From Rhodospirillales bacterium (lineage in GTDB: Bacteria > Pseudomonadota > Alphaproteobacteria > Rhodospirillales > JANQFP01): a DNA stretch of 64,000 bases. Below the pieces are notes generated by a model. That model was not told the origin of the DNA. It made no database searches and worked only from the letters and a program-made list of their open reading frames with translations. The stretch is taken from NCBI GenBank assembly GCA_028277795.1, contig JANQFP010000207.1:83804-147803 (forward strand), given 5' to 3'. The translations under genes were made by a program, and so were the position numbers. Positions 9,668 to 19,550 of this stretch are shown one piece after another (position 1 is the stretch's first letter; each line of letters begins with the position of its first letter).

Positions 9668-11245
9668 CTAAAACGTCTTGTTCAGCCTGACCGAGATGAC
9701 GTTCTCGCGTTGCGCGGCCTCGTCACCGCCGGTCTCCTGGCGCAGGTGTCTGTAACTGACGGTACTCGTAAACGTATCACTGAACGAGTAGCCAAGGGTC
9801 GCCCCCAGATTGAGGGTCTTGTCGCTGGTTGCGCCGGCGCGGGACCGGATGGTCCTCGAGAAGCTCGCATCGACGGATGCGGTCAAGTTGGGTGACATGG
9901 TACGGCTGAGCGATCCGGAGACGTCGAAAACTCTCTCCTTGTCTCCCTGGGTGCCCAGGTCGCGCGCGGTGAAATCCGTCGATATCGAAAACGTGCTGCG
10001 GCCCCGCGTTCCGTTCAAGCCCAGTTCGAAGCGGTCGGTCCGCGACGTCGTGTCCACCAGGTCGGTGCCGGTGTTGTTGGGGTCCAAGGGCAATCCTGTG
10101 TTGGGATCGACGAGCTGGCCCTGGGGGTTCAGGATCGCGTTGTTCAGCGCGTTGCTCAGAGCCCGCTGCTGGGTCTCGATCTCGACCTCATACGATGCCT
10201 GCAGGGTCGTCCGCGGCGAAAACTCATGGGTGAAGTCGCCAGTGATGTTGTTGGAATCGAACCGCTGCCCGTACTGGACCGTCAATGTGGTTCGCGGGCC
10301 GGGACTGAGCCGCGGGCCGGCCTCCCAAAAGAACCCGCTGTTGTTGTCTTCGGCGACGTCGTCGAGGGCCTTGTCGCTGATATTGTCGTGTCCGCCGGTC
10401 ACCAGCAACGAGATGTGCCGGTTGACAAGATACTCGCCCGAGCCTTCCAGCAGATCCCGCCGGGAACGGAACTCGCCCCGCTCGGACTCGAAGGTCGTCG
10501 TGGCCTCTCCGGACCAGCGAAACACCGAGAAGCGGCGGCCACTCTCCAGACTCGAGATCAATTCGTGAGTCGTCGTGTTCCCCGGCGCGGTGCCGGCATC
10601 GCTCGCGCCCGTGCTCATGAATTTGACCTGACTGAACCGGTAGGTCAGGATCGAATCCGCCCAACCGTCGTTGCCATGCCGGAAGCTCGGCGCCAGGCTG
10701 TAGTTGACGATGCGCGTCTGGTTGTCGCCCGTGGTTGCGCGGTCGGTGGCGGCGACCGCCCCGGAGCGGGAGATCAGCTCCTCGCTGACCGAGGCCCGTC
10801 CTTCCACGAACACATACTCATCGATCAGGTCGACGCTGCCGATGCCCAGGGCGTTGTGACGCAGCCCGCTGAGCTTCGATTGATGGAGGAAAGTCTCGCG
10901 GGCGATGTCGTAGTTCAGGGACAACTGAGTCCGGCCGCCGGTCCCGTTGATGTCGATGCCGGCGGCCGTCGTGGTCATGAAGTCGGACTTCTTGTCTCCC
11001 GCGGCGGAGAGCACGTTGTCGGTGTATTGTTCTTCGAGGGTCACGCTCGGCACGATCAGCCACTCGCCCGCCGCCGAAGGGAAAGCGCCCGCCAAGAGGA
11101 CGGCCGCGGCGCCGGTCGCCGCCGCGCACCCCTGCCACCAGATGGACAGGGGACCTCCATGCGTGCGCCGTCGATTCCGTCGGACGGGCATTCGAGAAGG
11201 AGGCCTGCCTCGGGCAGGCGCAGTGTCGAGCATCGGGTGCATCAA
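9668..11245 (-). CDS. PEP-CTERM system-associated outer-membrane beta-barrel protein
   Basis: Signal-like segment AAAVLLAGAFPSAAG. Alternating beta-strand-like sequence rich in Y/T/S/G/N/D. Terminal Phe (...SVRLNKTF) is typical of OMPs. Position between the ATPase and the Wza-like exporter matches XrtA loci. The exact start is uncertain. Confidence 0.7.
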   Translation of the reverse strand: MMHPMLDTAPARGRPPSRMPVRRNRRRTHGGPLSIWWQGCAAATGAAAVLLAGAFPSAAGEWLIVPSVTLEEQYTDNVLSAAGDKKSDFMTTTAAGIDINGTGGRTQLSLNYDIARETFLHQSKLSGLRHNALGIGSVDLIDEYVFVEGRASVSEELISRSGAVAATDRATTGDNQTRIVNYSLAPSFRHGNDGWADSILTYRFSQVKFMSTGASDAGTAPGNTTTHELISSLESGRRFSVFRWSGEATTTFESERGEFRSRRDLLEGSGEYLVNRHISLLVTGGHDNISDKALDDVAEDNNSGFFWEAGPRLSPGPRTTLTVQYGQRFDSNNITGDFTHEFSPRTTLQASYEVEIETQQRALSNALNNAILNPQGQLVDPNTGLPLDPNNTGTDLVDTTSRTDRFELGLNGTRGRSTFSISTDFTARDLGTQGDKERVFDVSGSLSRTMSPNLTASVDASFSRTIRSRAGATSDKTLNLGATLGYSFSDTFTSTVSYRHLRQETGGDEAAQRENVISVRLNKTF

Positions 11246-11275
11246 GCGCCCTACGTGGTTCGGGACGGGCCGGAT

Positions 11276-11908
11276 CTAGAACCAGGCCTGCGGCACGATC
11301 AGCACATCCCCAGGCAGCACCGCCGCATTGGCCGAGACGTCGCCGTCCTTGAGCAGGTCGTCCAGACGGACACGGTACGTCTCCTTGTCGCCATTGGTCT
11401 TGCGGACGATGACGGCACGATTGCCCGCCGCGAATTCCGTCAGGCCGCCGACGGCGATCATCACGTCGAGCACGGTCATGTTCTCCCGATAGGGAATGGC
11501 CTGGGGCTCGGTGGCCTCGCCGACCACGCGAACCTGCTGGTCGAACGGCCCGACGAACTCGGTGACGATGACCGTGACGATCGGATTCTGAACATACTGC
11601 GCCAGGACCTTTTCGATGTCCCTGGCCAACTGCGTGGGGGTCTTGCCGGCCGCCTGCAGGTCTTCGATCAAGGGGACGGAAATGCGGCCGTCGGGGCGCA
11701 CGGGAACCGTCGTCGAAAGCTCCGGGTTCCGCCAGACGAATATGGTCAAGCTGTCGTTGGCGCCGACCAGATAGCTGGGTACGGTGGCCACCGGCCCCGG
11801 AGCCACTTCCGACGCATCCTGATAGAACGTGCAGGCGCCGAGCCCGAGGCCCACGAAGCCGGCCAACAAAACGCTCAAACCAAACCTACTAATCCCTTGG
11901 AAGCGCAC
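11276..11908 (-). CDS. Polysaccharide export protein (Wza/EpsA-like, PEP-CTERM type lipoprotein)
   Basis: GTG start with SD agaggggg. Lipobox-like LGLGAC. Poly_export-type core (YLVGANDSLTIFVWRNPELS...PDGRISVPLI) and SLBB-like C-terminus. Confidence 0.85.
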   Translation of the reverse strand: MRFQGISRFGLSVLLAGFVGLGLGACTFYQDASEVAPGPVATVPSYLVGANDSLTIFVWRNPELSTTVPVRPDGRISVPLIEDLQAAGKTPTQLARDIEKVLAQYVQNPIVTVIVTEFVGPFDQQVRVVGEATEPQAIPYRENMTVLDVMIAVGGLTEFAAGNRAVIVRKTNGDKETYRVRLDDLLKDGDVSANAAVLPGDVLIVPQAWF

Positions 11909-12388
11909 GATTCACCCCCTCTTACTGTTGTCCGCACAGTATCCTATACATGATCAGCCCACGCAATAGCGAGCTTCGCGGCGTCGATGAAAAACAATGG
12001 CAAAATAAATCGGCCTTTGACCCGGTCTTGATTTGCCTTGAATTGCCGACCGACGATGCCGTCTGCCGAACCCGGCGCCGGGGCGGAACGGCCGCTTTGC
12101 AAGGATGCGTGCGGGCCGACGGCGGTACCGCGCCCGCACGATGACGTGGGCCCGAAACAGTACACGGGGGAGGGGGTCGCCCCCCGACAATAAAACCAAT
12201 GACATGTCAAGGTTGCCCACGGTATTATGCGAATACGTGGAGTCCGGGTGTGCAGAGGTTGTCCCAAGCACACAGATGTCGAATCGATGGCCACGTTTCG
12301 TCGAGGGCCGGTCGGCCTTTCCGTGACTTGACGGAACTGGCGCGCGTGACTGCTCAATCGGAGCGCTGATCGATCGGGAAGGCACGTC

Positions 12389-14026
12389 ATGAACGAATTG
12401 CTCTCGCAGATCATGTCCTACGTTCCGGCCCTCTGGCGCCGGCGTTGGCTGATGTTGAGCATCACCTGGCTGGTCTGCTTGGTCGGATGGGCCATCGTGT
12501 CGGTGCTGCCTGACAAGTTCGAATCCCAGGCCCGCGTGTTCGTCGATACGGACAGCCTGCTGCAACCGCTCCTCGCCGGCATCGCCGTCGAGACCAACAC
12601 GGTTCGCCAGATCGACGTCATGCAGCGCACCCTGGTGAGCCGCCCCAACCTGGAGAAGGTGGCGCGCATGACCGATCTCGACCTGTCGGCCAAGAGTACG
12701 GCCGACACGGAGCGAATGATCAACGACCTGCGCGACAACCTGACCGTCCGCTCGGAAAGGAGCAACCTTTTCTCCATCGTCTTCGAGGACTCGGATCCCC
12801 AGATGGCGCAGAAGGTGGTCCAATCGCTGCTGACCATCTTCGTCGAGTCGAACTTGGGATCCAGCCGCAAGGAAATGGATGCGGCCCGCCAGTTCATCGA
12901 CGAACAGGTGCGCATCTACGAGGAGCAGATGGACCAGGCCGAGCAGCGCTTGGCCGCCTTCAAGCAGGCCAACATCGGCATGCTGCCGGGCGATACCACC
13001 TATTACGCCGCATTGAACAGGGAACGCGACGAACTGGCGGCTCTGCAGGCCGAAATGGCCGAGATCACGGCGAGGAAGGCCGAGCTGAGTCGGCAGTTGG
13101 CCGAAGTCCCCGAGTTCCTGGAAGTCGATACGAGCGCCCAGATGATGGGCGGCCCGCCCTCGGGCATCGCGATGCGGGTTCTGGAGCTGGAAACCCGGAT
13201 CGACGAGCTTCTGCTGCGCTATACGGACAAGCATCCGGACGTGGTGGCGGCCCGGGCCAGGCTCGAAGAGCTGCGCAAGTTGTATCAACAGGAAATGAGC
13301 GGCGGGCCAGGCCCCGGACCCGGCGGCGAACCGATGGAGGGCGGTGGTGCCACCGATCAGGTTCCCAACGAAGTCCATCAGAACATCAAGATGCAGATCG
13401 TGGAACAGGAGGCCAACATCGCCACATTGCGTACGCGCATCGGTCGGCGGTCCGAGGAAGTGGTGAAGCTGGAGGAAATGGCCAACCGGGTTCCCGAGGT
13501 GGAAGCGGAGTTGGCCCGCCTGACCCGCGATTACGGCGTGATCAAGAAGAACTACGAGGAACTGCTGGCCCGCAAGGAAGCGGCGATCATTTCCGAAAGC
13601 CGTGAAACCAAGGGCGAGAAGGTCCAGTTCCGGATCATCGAGCCGCCCCAGGTGCCAGTCATTCCGAGCGGCGTCAAACGCTCGGCCTATCTGTCCATCG
13701 TTCTGGTCGCCGGGGTCGCGGCGGGAATCGCCATCGGCTGGTTGATCGCCGGGGTTCAGACAACGTTCTTCAGTACCCTGCGCCTCGCCCAGATCACGGC
13801 CGTGCCCATCCTGGGCAGTGTCACGGCCGTTGCCGCCCCGGGCAAGCGGTCCTGGCGCAGCGTGAGATTGGCGGCATTCGCCGTGGCTTGCCTCGGACTG
13901 CTCGGGACCTACGGCAGCCTGATGACCCTGGAACGGAACGTCGGGCTCCCCAACATGGTACCGCAGGACGTCAAGGACAAACTGATCGAGAGCCTTCCCC
14001 CGCTGCTGTCCGAGCGACTGAAGTAG
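12389..14026 (+). CDS. Polysaccharide chain-length determinant (Wzz/PCP-type, PEP-CTERM locus subfamily)
   Basis: N-terminal TM helix (WLMLSITWLVCLVGWAIVSVL), long coiled-coil periplasmic region, C-terminal TM helices. Divergent from the exporter and upstream of the BY-kinase. Confidence 0.85.
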   Translation: MNELLSQIMSYVPALWRRRWLMLSITWLVCLVGWAIVSVLPDKFESQARVFVDTDSLLQPLLAGIAVETNTVRQIDVMQRTLVSRPNLEKVARMTDLDLSAKSTADTERMINDLRDNLTVRSERSNLFSIVFEDSDPQMAQKVVQSLLTIFVESNLGSSRKEMDAARQFIDEQVRIYEEQMDQAEQRLAAFKQANIGMLPGDTTYYAALNRERDELAALQAEMAEITARKAELSRQLAEVPEFLEVDTSAQMMGGPPSGIAMRVLELETRIDELLLRYTDKHPDVVAARARLEELRKLYQQEMSGGPGPGPGGEPMEGGGATDQVPNEVHQNIKMQIVEQEANIATLRTRIGRRSEEVVKLEEMANRVPEVEAELARLTRDYGVIKKNYEELLARKEAAIISESRETKGEKVQFRIIEPPQVPVIPSGVKRSAYLSIVLVAGVAAGIAIGWLIAGVQTTFFSTLRLAQITAVPILGSVTAVAAPGKRSWRSVRLAAFAVACLGLLGTYGSLMTLERNVGLPNMVPQDVKDKLIESLPPLLSERLK

Positions 14027-14086
14027 CGCTCGGATGGACAGGCAGGGCTCACCAGTCCCAATTTCAGGATCAGGCTGACGGACGCC

Positions 14087-15103
14087 ATGGATCTCATCGA
14101 GAAAGCCGTCAAGAAGTCGGAGCGGAGCAGCAAGGCGTCGTTGATCGAGCGCGCGGCCAAGAAACTCGGCACGGGGCCCGCGCCCGACGATGGGGTGTCC
14201 GAACCCGAGTCGGCGGAGGCAGTCGCTGCGCCTCCTGCACCGGACGTCGCGGAGCCGGCGGCCCCGCAGCCGGGCCCGCCTCCGCCAGCAGCGGGCCCCG
14301 CACCCACCGCACCCCCCGCGCCGGATCGTCACGGCCCGGCGTCTCGCCGGGTGGACATCGATCTCGACCGTTTGTTCACCTCGGGCATGGTGACGCCGAG
14401 AGGAGAGCGGACGCGGATCGCCGAGGAGTACCGCGTGATCAAGCGCCCGCTGCTGCTCAAGGCGGTGGCGGGAAGCCAGGAGGCCGTGGACAAGGGCAAC
14501 CTGATCATGGTCTCCAGTTCCATTCCGGGCGAGGGAAAGACCTTCACCGCCGTCAACCTGGCCATGAGCATGGCCAAGGAGCGGGATGTCTACGTGCTTC
14601 TCGTGGATGCCGACCTGAGCCGCCCGGCGGTGTTTCCCACCCTGGGCATCGAGGCGGACATGGGGTTCTCCGACTTGTTGGAGGACGCCTCACTCGACGT
14701 GGCTGACGTTCTGCTGCGCACCAACGTGGAGAACCTGTCCTTGATCGCCGCCGGCCGTCCCCATCCCATGGGTACGGAATTGTTGGCCAGCGAACGGGCC
14801 GGCCATGTGATCGGCGAGATCGCCCACCGGTACGCCAACCGCGTCATCATCCTCGACACGGCGCCGGTGCTGGCCAGCAGCGAGGGCGGCGCGCTCAGTC
14901 GCTTCGTTGGCCAGGTCGTGTTCGTGGTCGAGGCGGAGAAGACCAACGAAGCGGCGGTCAAAGGGGCCCTCGACGTGCTGGGGTCGTGCAAACACATCGG
15001 TCTGGTCCTGAACAAGGCGCGTACCCGCTTGGCGTCCGGCCTCTATGGCGGATACTACACGGCGTACTACGACGAGTCCTATTACGCCAACCGCAGGCGC
15101 TAG
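14087..15103 (+). CDS. Exopolysaccharide tyrosine autokinase (BY-kinase, PEP-CTERM locus type)
   Basis: Walker A SSIPGEGKTF, Walker A'-like VLLVDADL, Walker B IILDTAP. C-terminal Tyr cluster LYGGYYTAYYDESYYANRRR. Pro/Ala-rich N-terminal linker. Confidence 0.85.
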   Translation: MDLIEKAVKKSERSSKASLIERAAKKLGTGPAPDDGVSEPESAEAVAAPPAPDVAEPAAPQPGPPPPAAGPAPTAPPAPDRHGPASRRVDIDLDRLFTSGMVTPRGERTRIAEEYRVIKRPLLLKAVAGSQEAVDKGNLIMVSSSIPGEGKTFTAVNLAMSMAKERDVYVLLVDADLSRPAVFPTLGIEADMGFSDLLEDASLDVADVLLRTNVENLSLIAAGRPHPMGTELLASERAGHVIGEIAHRYANRVIILDTAPVLASSEGGALSRFVGQVVFVVEAEKTNEAAVKGALDVLGSCKHIGLVLNKARTRLASGLYGGYYTAYYDESYYANRRR

Positions 15104-15279
15104 ATCCGGGTGGATCGGAGGCGTCGCGCGCGCCCCGTCGGGGGGACCCGCGGACGGTCTCAGTGTTGGTTGCCGATTGGCGCGGGATCCCCAACCCGGC
15201 GGTCGAATCGCACTTTGTTCAACGAATCGATTGCTGGTAGGGTCAAGGGTCCGGGCGAGGTTTGCGGGACGGTGATCAA

Positions 15280-16881
15280 ATGATTCCCCAGGTCGAGAAT
15301 GACCGCCTCACGGCGCGCCCGTTGGGAGCCACCGCCGGACAGGGACAATGGCTGACCGCGGTCTCCGTTCTCGTCGTCGCAACGGCAGTGCTCCTGTTCC
15401 AGTTCCGCGACGCCCTCGTGGCCATGGTCGAGGTCTGGCACAACTCGTCGTCGTTCAATCATGGCTATGCCATCGTCCCCATCAGCGCCTACCTGATCTG
15501 GGAACGCAGGGCGGCCTTGGCGAAGCTGTCGCCGGCCCCCAGTTACTGGGGCTTGGCCGTGATCGGCGCCTTCGCGTGCGCCTGGTTGGTGGGGCGTTTT
15601 GCGGGCATCCTGATGGTCCAGCAATTCGCCATCGTGGGCATGATCCAGGGCCTGTTCCTGACGGTCCTCGGATGGCGCGTGGCGTGGGCGATGGCGTTCC
15701 CGCTGTTCTACCTCTTTTTCGCCGTTCCCTTCGGCTATTTCCTTGTCCCGCAGCTGCAGGACATCACGGCGGTGATCGTGGTCTGGGCCCTGCGGCTGAC
15801 CGGCATGCCGGTCTTCTCGGATGGCGTGATGATCAGCATTCCGTCTGGCAACTTCGAGGTGGCCGAGGCGTGCTCAGGACTGCGGTTTCTCATTGCGTCG
15901 ACCGCTTTGGGGTTCCTGTGCGCCAATCTGCTCTACAGGAGCTGGATCCGCCGCGCCGCGTTTCTCGTCCTGGCTCTGGCTATTCCCATCCTCGCCAATG
16001 GCATGCGCGCCTATGGCATCATCATGCTGGCTCACTACACGGACAGCGAATTCGCCACCGGTGTCGACCACATCATTTACGGATGGATATTTTTCGCCTT
16101 CGTCACCGTCATCCTGCTGGCGATCGGCATGACCTTCCGTGATCGGGGGCCTGCACAGGATAGCGCCGATGAGGGGTCGCCGGAGGCGCCGCCCGTGCGG
16201 TCCTCCGTCGGTCCACGGGCGGTCGTCCTCGCGGGTGTGGCATCGGTTCTGGTGGTTGCCGGGGCGCCGGGTTTCGCCGCCTATACCGAAAGCCGCCTTG
16301 CCACTTCGCCGATTCCGGCCGTGCCCGTTCCCTCGGTAGGCGGCACATGGATTCCGAAATCGGTGTCGACGGTGACGTGGCGGCCCGAGTTCCCCGGCGC
16401 CGATGCGGATGTGCTCTACCATTTCGTTTCCGGGCGTGCGCAGGTGGACCACTACATTGCGTTCTACAGCTATCAACGCGAAGGCGCCGAGGTCGTCCAG
16501 GCGCAGAACAGGTTTTCCGACGACGTGCGCTGGCGCCGGACCGGCTGGGGCAAAGCGCAGGCGACGGTTGACGGCGGCCCCCTGAACGTACGGTCCGTGC
16601 GCATGGTCACCTCGGGCGGAGGGCGAGTCGCTTGGTACTGGTACTGGGTCGACGGTGAGTTCACGGCCGATCCGCGGATGGCCAAGCTCCTCCAGTTGAG
16701 GGCGACGCTGCTGAACGGCATTCCCGCCGCGGCGGTCGTCGCCGTCTCGGCGGAATACCGGGAATCCCCCGACGAGGCGGTTGCCGCCCTCCGGGAATAC
16801 CTCGAAGATCTGGCGCCCATCGGCCCGGTGCTCAAGCGAGCGGCGACGACCCCGTCACCCGACGCCGGGCGCCACGGCTAG
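15280..16881 (+). CDS. xrtA: Exosortase A (XrtA) fused to an EpsI-family domain
   Basis: WHNSSSFNHGYAIVPISAYLIW, then polytopic TM helices. Catalytic-type motif EACSGLRF (Cys codon at 15871-15873) and ANGMRAYGII. The C-terminal ~200 aa soluble domain is EpsI-like. ATG 15280 is preferred over TTG 15262. Confidence 0.85.
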   Translation: MIPQVENDRLTARPLGATAGQGQWLTAVSVLVVATAVLLFQFRDALVAMVEVWHNSSSFNHGYAIVPISAYLIWERRAALAKLSPAPSYWGLAVIGAFACAWLVGRFAGILMVQQFAIVGMIQGLFLTVLGWRVAWAMAFPLFYLFFAVPFGYFLVPQLQDITAVIVVWALRLTGMPVFSDGVMISIPSGNFEVAEACSGLRFLIASTALGFLCANLLYRSWIRRAAFLVLALAIPILANGMRAYGIIMLAHYTDSEFATGVDHIIYGWIFFAFVTVILLAIGMTFRDRGPAQDSADEGSPEAPPVRSSVGPRAVVLAGVASVLVVAGAPGFAAYTESRLATSPIPAVPVPSVGGTWIPKSVSTVTWRPEFPGADADVLYHFVSGRAQVDHYIAFYSYQREGAEVVQAQNRFSDDVRWRRTGWGKAQATVDGGPLNVRSVRMVTSGGGRVAWYWYWVDGEFTADPRMAKLLQLRATLLNGIPAAAVVAVSAEYRESPDEAVAALREYLEDLAPIGPVLKRAATTPSPDAGRHG

Positions 16882-16909
16882 CAAACCTGATCCGGGGAAC
16901 ATCGGCAGC

Positions 16910-18862
16910 ATGTGCGGCATCGTCGGCGTCTTTCACGACACCCCCAAGCGCGCGGTGGACGAAGCGCTTCTCTCGCGCATGAACGATACCCAGTCTCATC
17001 GCGGACCGGATGACGACGGGATCTTCATCGCGCCGGGCATCGGCCTCGGCCATCGACGCCTTTCAATTCTCGACCTGTCCGGGGGACACCAGCCCCTGTT
17101 CAACGAGGATCACAGCGTGGTCGTCGTCTACAACGGCGAGATCTACAACTTCCAGGGTCTGGCACGTGAACTGGCCGAAAAGGGCCACACCTTCCGCACC
17201 CACTGCGACACCGAGGTGATCGTGCATGCGTGGGAGGAATGGGGCGAGGACTGCGTGACGCGCTTCCGTGGCATGTTCGCCTTCGCCCTCTGGGACGCCA
17301 ATACGGAGACCCTGTTCCTGGCCCGCGACCGGCTCGGCATCAAGCCCCTTTACTACGCGCCGCTGGCCGATGGCACGGTGGTGTTCGGCTCCGAGCTGAA
17401 GGCGCTGCTACCCTATCCGGACCTGCCGCGGGACATCGATCCCACCGCCGTTGAGGACTACTTTGCCTACGGCTACATCCCGGACCCGAAGTCGATCTAT
17501 CGCCACGTGATCAAGCTGGCGCCCGGCCACGTGGTGTCGTTCCGGCGCGGCCAAGCGGCCGCGGGCCCGCGCGCCTACTGGAACGTCACCTTCGCCGAGG
17601 GTCGGGTCGGCAGCGAGGCGGAGGTCGGCGAGGACCTGATCGCGCGCCTCCGGGAGGCCGTGGACGTGCGTCTCATTTCCGACGTCCCGCTCGGCGCTTT
17701 CCTCTCCGGCGGCGTCGACTCCAGTGCCGTGGTGGCCATGATGGCGGGCTTGGCGACGGAGCCGGTCGACACGTGCTCCATCGCCTTTTCGCACCAGGCG
17801 TATGACGAATCCGGCTACGCGGCACAGATCGCCGAACGGTACGAGACCAGCCATCGCGTCCAGCACGTCAATCCGGACTCCTACGATCTGATCGATCGGC
17901 TGGCCGGGTTCTACGACGAGCCCTTCGCCGACAGCTCGGCCATCCCGACATTCCGGGTCTGCGCCCTGGCCCGGCAGAAGGTGACCGTGGCCCTGTCCGG
18001 CGACGGCGGTGACGAGGTCTTTGCCGGCTATCGGCGCTACCGCTGGCACCACTACGAGCAGCGGGTTCGGGCGCTGTTGCCGCAGGCCCTGCGCGGGCCC
18101 CTGTTCGGCGTTCTGGGGAGCATCTATCCCAAGGCGGACTGGGCGCCGCGGGTCCTGCGCGCCAAGTCGACGCTGGAAGCATTGGCGCGCGACGCCGTCG
18201 ACGGCTACTTCCACAGCGTGTCGGTGTTGCCCGACGGGTTGCGTCGACTGCTCTACAGCGACGGATTTCGGCGCGATCTCCAGGGCTACCACGCCCGCGA
18301 GATCCTGCTGCGCCACATGACGGACGCGCCGACGGACCACCACCTGTCGCGCATCCAGTACGCCGACTTCAAGACCTACCTGCCGGGCGACATCCTGACC
18401 AAGGTGGACCGGGCCAGCATGGCCACCTCGCTGGAGGTGCGCGTGCCCATCCTGGACCACCATTTCCTCGAATGGGCCGGCACCCTGCCGCCCGACTGGA
18501 AGCTCCGCAACGGGGAGGGCAAGTACATCTTCAAGAAGGCCCTCGGATCGTATGTGCCGCAGAACATCCTCTACCGGCCGAAGATGGGGTTCGCCGTGCC
18601 CCTCATAAGCTGGTTCCGCGGACCGTTGCGGGATCGGGTCCGGCAAAGCGTCACCGGGTCGGCCCTGGCCGAGTCCGGGATATTCGACATGGGCTTCCTG
18701 ACGACCCTGGTCGATCAGCACCAGTCCGGCGCCCGCGATCACAGCGCCGTCCTGTGGGCGCTCGTGATGTTCGATTCCTTCCTGCGGCAGGTCCACGGCG
18801 TGGCCCCGGCCAATGGACAGCCGGGGCCGCAGCCGGCGATGGCGGTCGCCTCGTCCCGTTGA
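16910..18862 (+). CDS. Asparagine synthase family amidotransferase (exosortase A system-associated amidotransferase 1 type)
   Basis: Start trimmed to the ATG at 16910 (MCGIVGVF..., N-terminal Cys nucleophile). PP-loop SGGVDSS. Lies immediately downstream of xrtA, as in described XrtA loci. Confidence 0.85.
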   Translation: MCGIVGVFHDTPKRAVDEALLSRMNDTQSHRGPDDDGIFIAPGIGLGHRRLSILDLSGGHQPLFNEDHSVVVVYNGEIYNFQGLARELAEKGHTFRTHCDTEVIVHAWEEWGEDCVTRFRGMFAFALWDANTETLFLARDRLGIKPLYYAPLADGTVVFGSELKALLPYPDLPRDIDPTAVEDYFAYGYIPDPKSIYRHVIKLAPGHVVSFRRGQAAAGPRAYWNVTFAEGRVGSEAEVGEDLIARLREAVDVRLISDVPLGAFLSGGVDSSAVVAMMAGLATEPVDTCSIAFSHQAYDESGYAAQIAERYETSHRVQHVNPDSYDLIDRLAGFYDEPFADSSAIPTFRVCALARQKVTVALSGDGGDEVFAGYRRYRWHHYEQRVRALLPQALRGPLFGVLGSIYPKADWAPRVLRAKSTLEALARDAVDGYFHSVSVLPDGLRRLLYSDGFRRDLQGYHAREILLRHMTDAPTDHHLSRIQYADFKTYLPGDILTKVDRASMATSLEVRVPILDHHFLEWAGTLPPDWKLRNGEGKYIFKKALGSYVPQNILYRPKMGFAVPLISWFRGPLRDRVRQSVTGSALAESGIFDMGFLTTLVDQHQSGARDHSAVLWALVMFDSFLRQVHGVAPANGQPGPQPAMAVASSR

Positions 18863-19017
18863 CCTCCCATGGCGATGCCCGGCCCCCGACGCGGTGCGGG
18901 CGCAAGAGGAGCCCCGGGACGCGACGGCCCCGGGGCCCGATCTGATACCGACTCGCGAAGCGCCGTCGTTGCGCGCCGGCAAGCCCGCGCGGCGTTTGAG
19001 CGCCGCCGCCTTCGCAT

Positions 19018-19040
19018 GAAATGACCCGAAGGGGCATTTC
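19018..19040. terminator. Possible hairpin between convergent asnB-like and hsp20 genes
   Basis: 9-bp stem with one bulge (gaaatg(a)ccc / gggcatttc) and a gaag loop. No flanking U-tract on either strand, so support is weak. Confidence 0.25.
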
Positions 19041-19082
19041 GTAGGCGCGGCGGTATGACGCGACGATCTGCGGTTCGGCGGT

Positions 19083-19550
19083 TCAGGCCGCTTTCTTGCC
19101 CTCGATGACCTTGCGAGACTTGGCCGGACGGTCCGCGATGGGAATCGTGTGCGGCTTCATCGCTTCCGGCAGCTCGCGCTTGAGCTCGATGCTCAGCTCG
19201 CCGTCGTGCAGGGTGCCGCCAACGACGCGGATGTGGTCGGCCAACTCGAACTTGCGCTCGAACGCCCGCGCGGCGATGCCGCGGTACAGGACCTCGCCTT
19301 CGCCCTTGCCGTCATCCTTGTGCCCGGAAACGGTGAGGGTGTTGCGTTCGACGGTCACCGTCAGGTCGTCCTTGCCGAACCCGGCCACCGCCATGGTGAT
19401 CCGATATTCGTCGTCGTCCAGTTTCACGATGTTGTAGGGCGGGTAGGCGGCCGCCGTCTCGTCCCAACGCGCCACCGCGTCGAACAGACGGTCCATGGCG
19501 TCGAAGCCCACCGAAAACCGATACAACGGGGAAAGATCGATGGTACGCAT
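19083..19550 (-). CDS. Small heat-shock protein (Hsp20/alpha-crystallin family, IbpA/HspA-like)
   Basis: MRTIDLSPLYRFSVGFD...PPYNIVKLDDDEYRITMAVAGF...LTVSG...RAFERKFELAD...GELSIEL is classic IbpA-like sequence. Start at ATG 19550, 8 nt after the SD aggagg. An alternative ATG lies at 19556. Confidence 0.9.
   Translation of the reverse strand: MRTIDLSPLYRFSVGFDAMDRLFDAVARWDETAAAYPPYNIVKLDDDEYRITMAVAGFGKDDLTVTVERNTLTVSGHKDDGKGEGEVLYRGIAARAFERKFELADHIRVVGGTLHDGELSIELKRELPEAMKPHTIPIADRPAKSRKVIEGKKAA

Noticed and set aside
11954-14332. 792-aa minus-strand ORF, the longest in the window
   Set aside because: It is antisense to the chain-length determinant and BY-kinase genes, which have clear motifs. 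The translation is low-complexity and Arg/Gly/Leu/Gln-rich, with no domain signature.
18911-18936. GC hairpin gccccgg-N12-ccggggc downstream of the second asnB-like gene
   Set aside because: It has no U-tract and a large loop, so it cannot be distinguished from fortuitous GC-rich palindromes.
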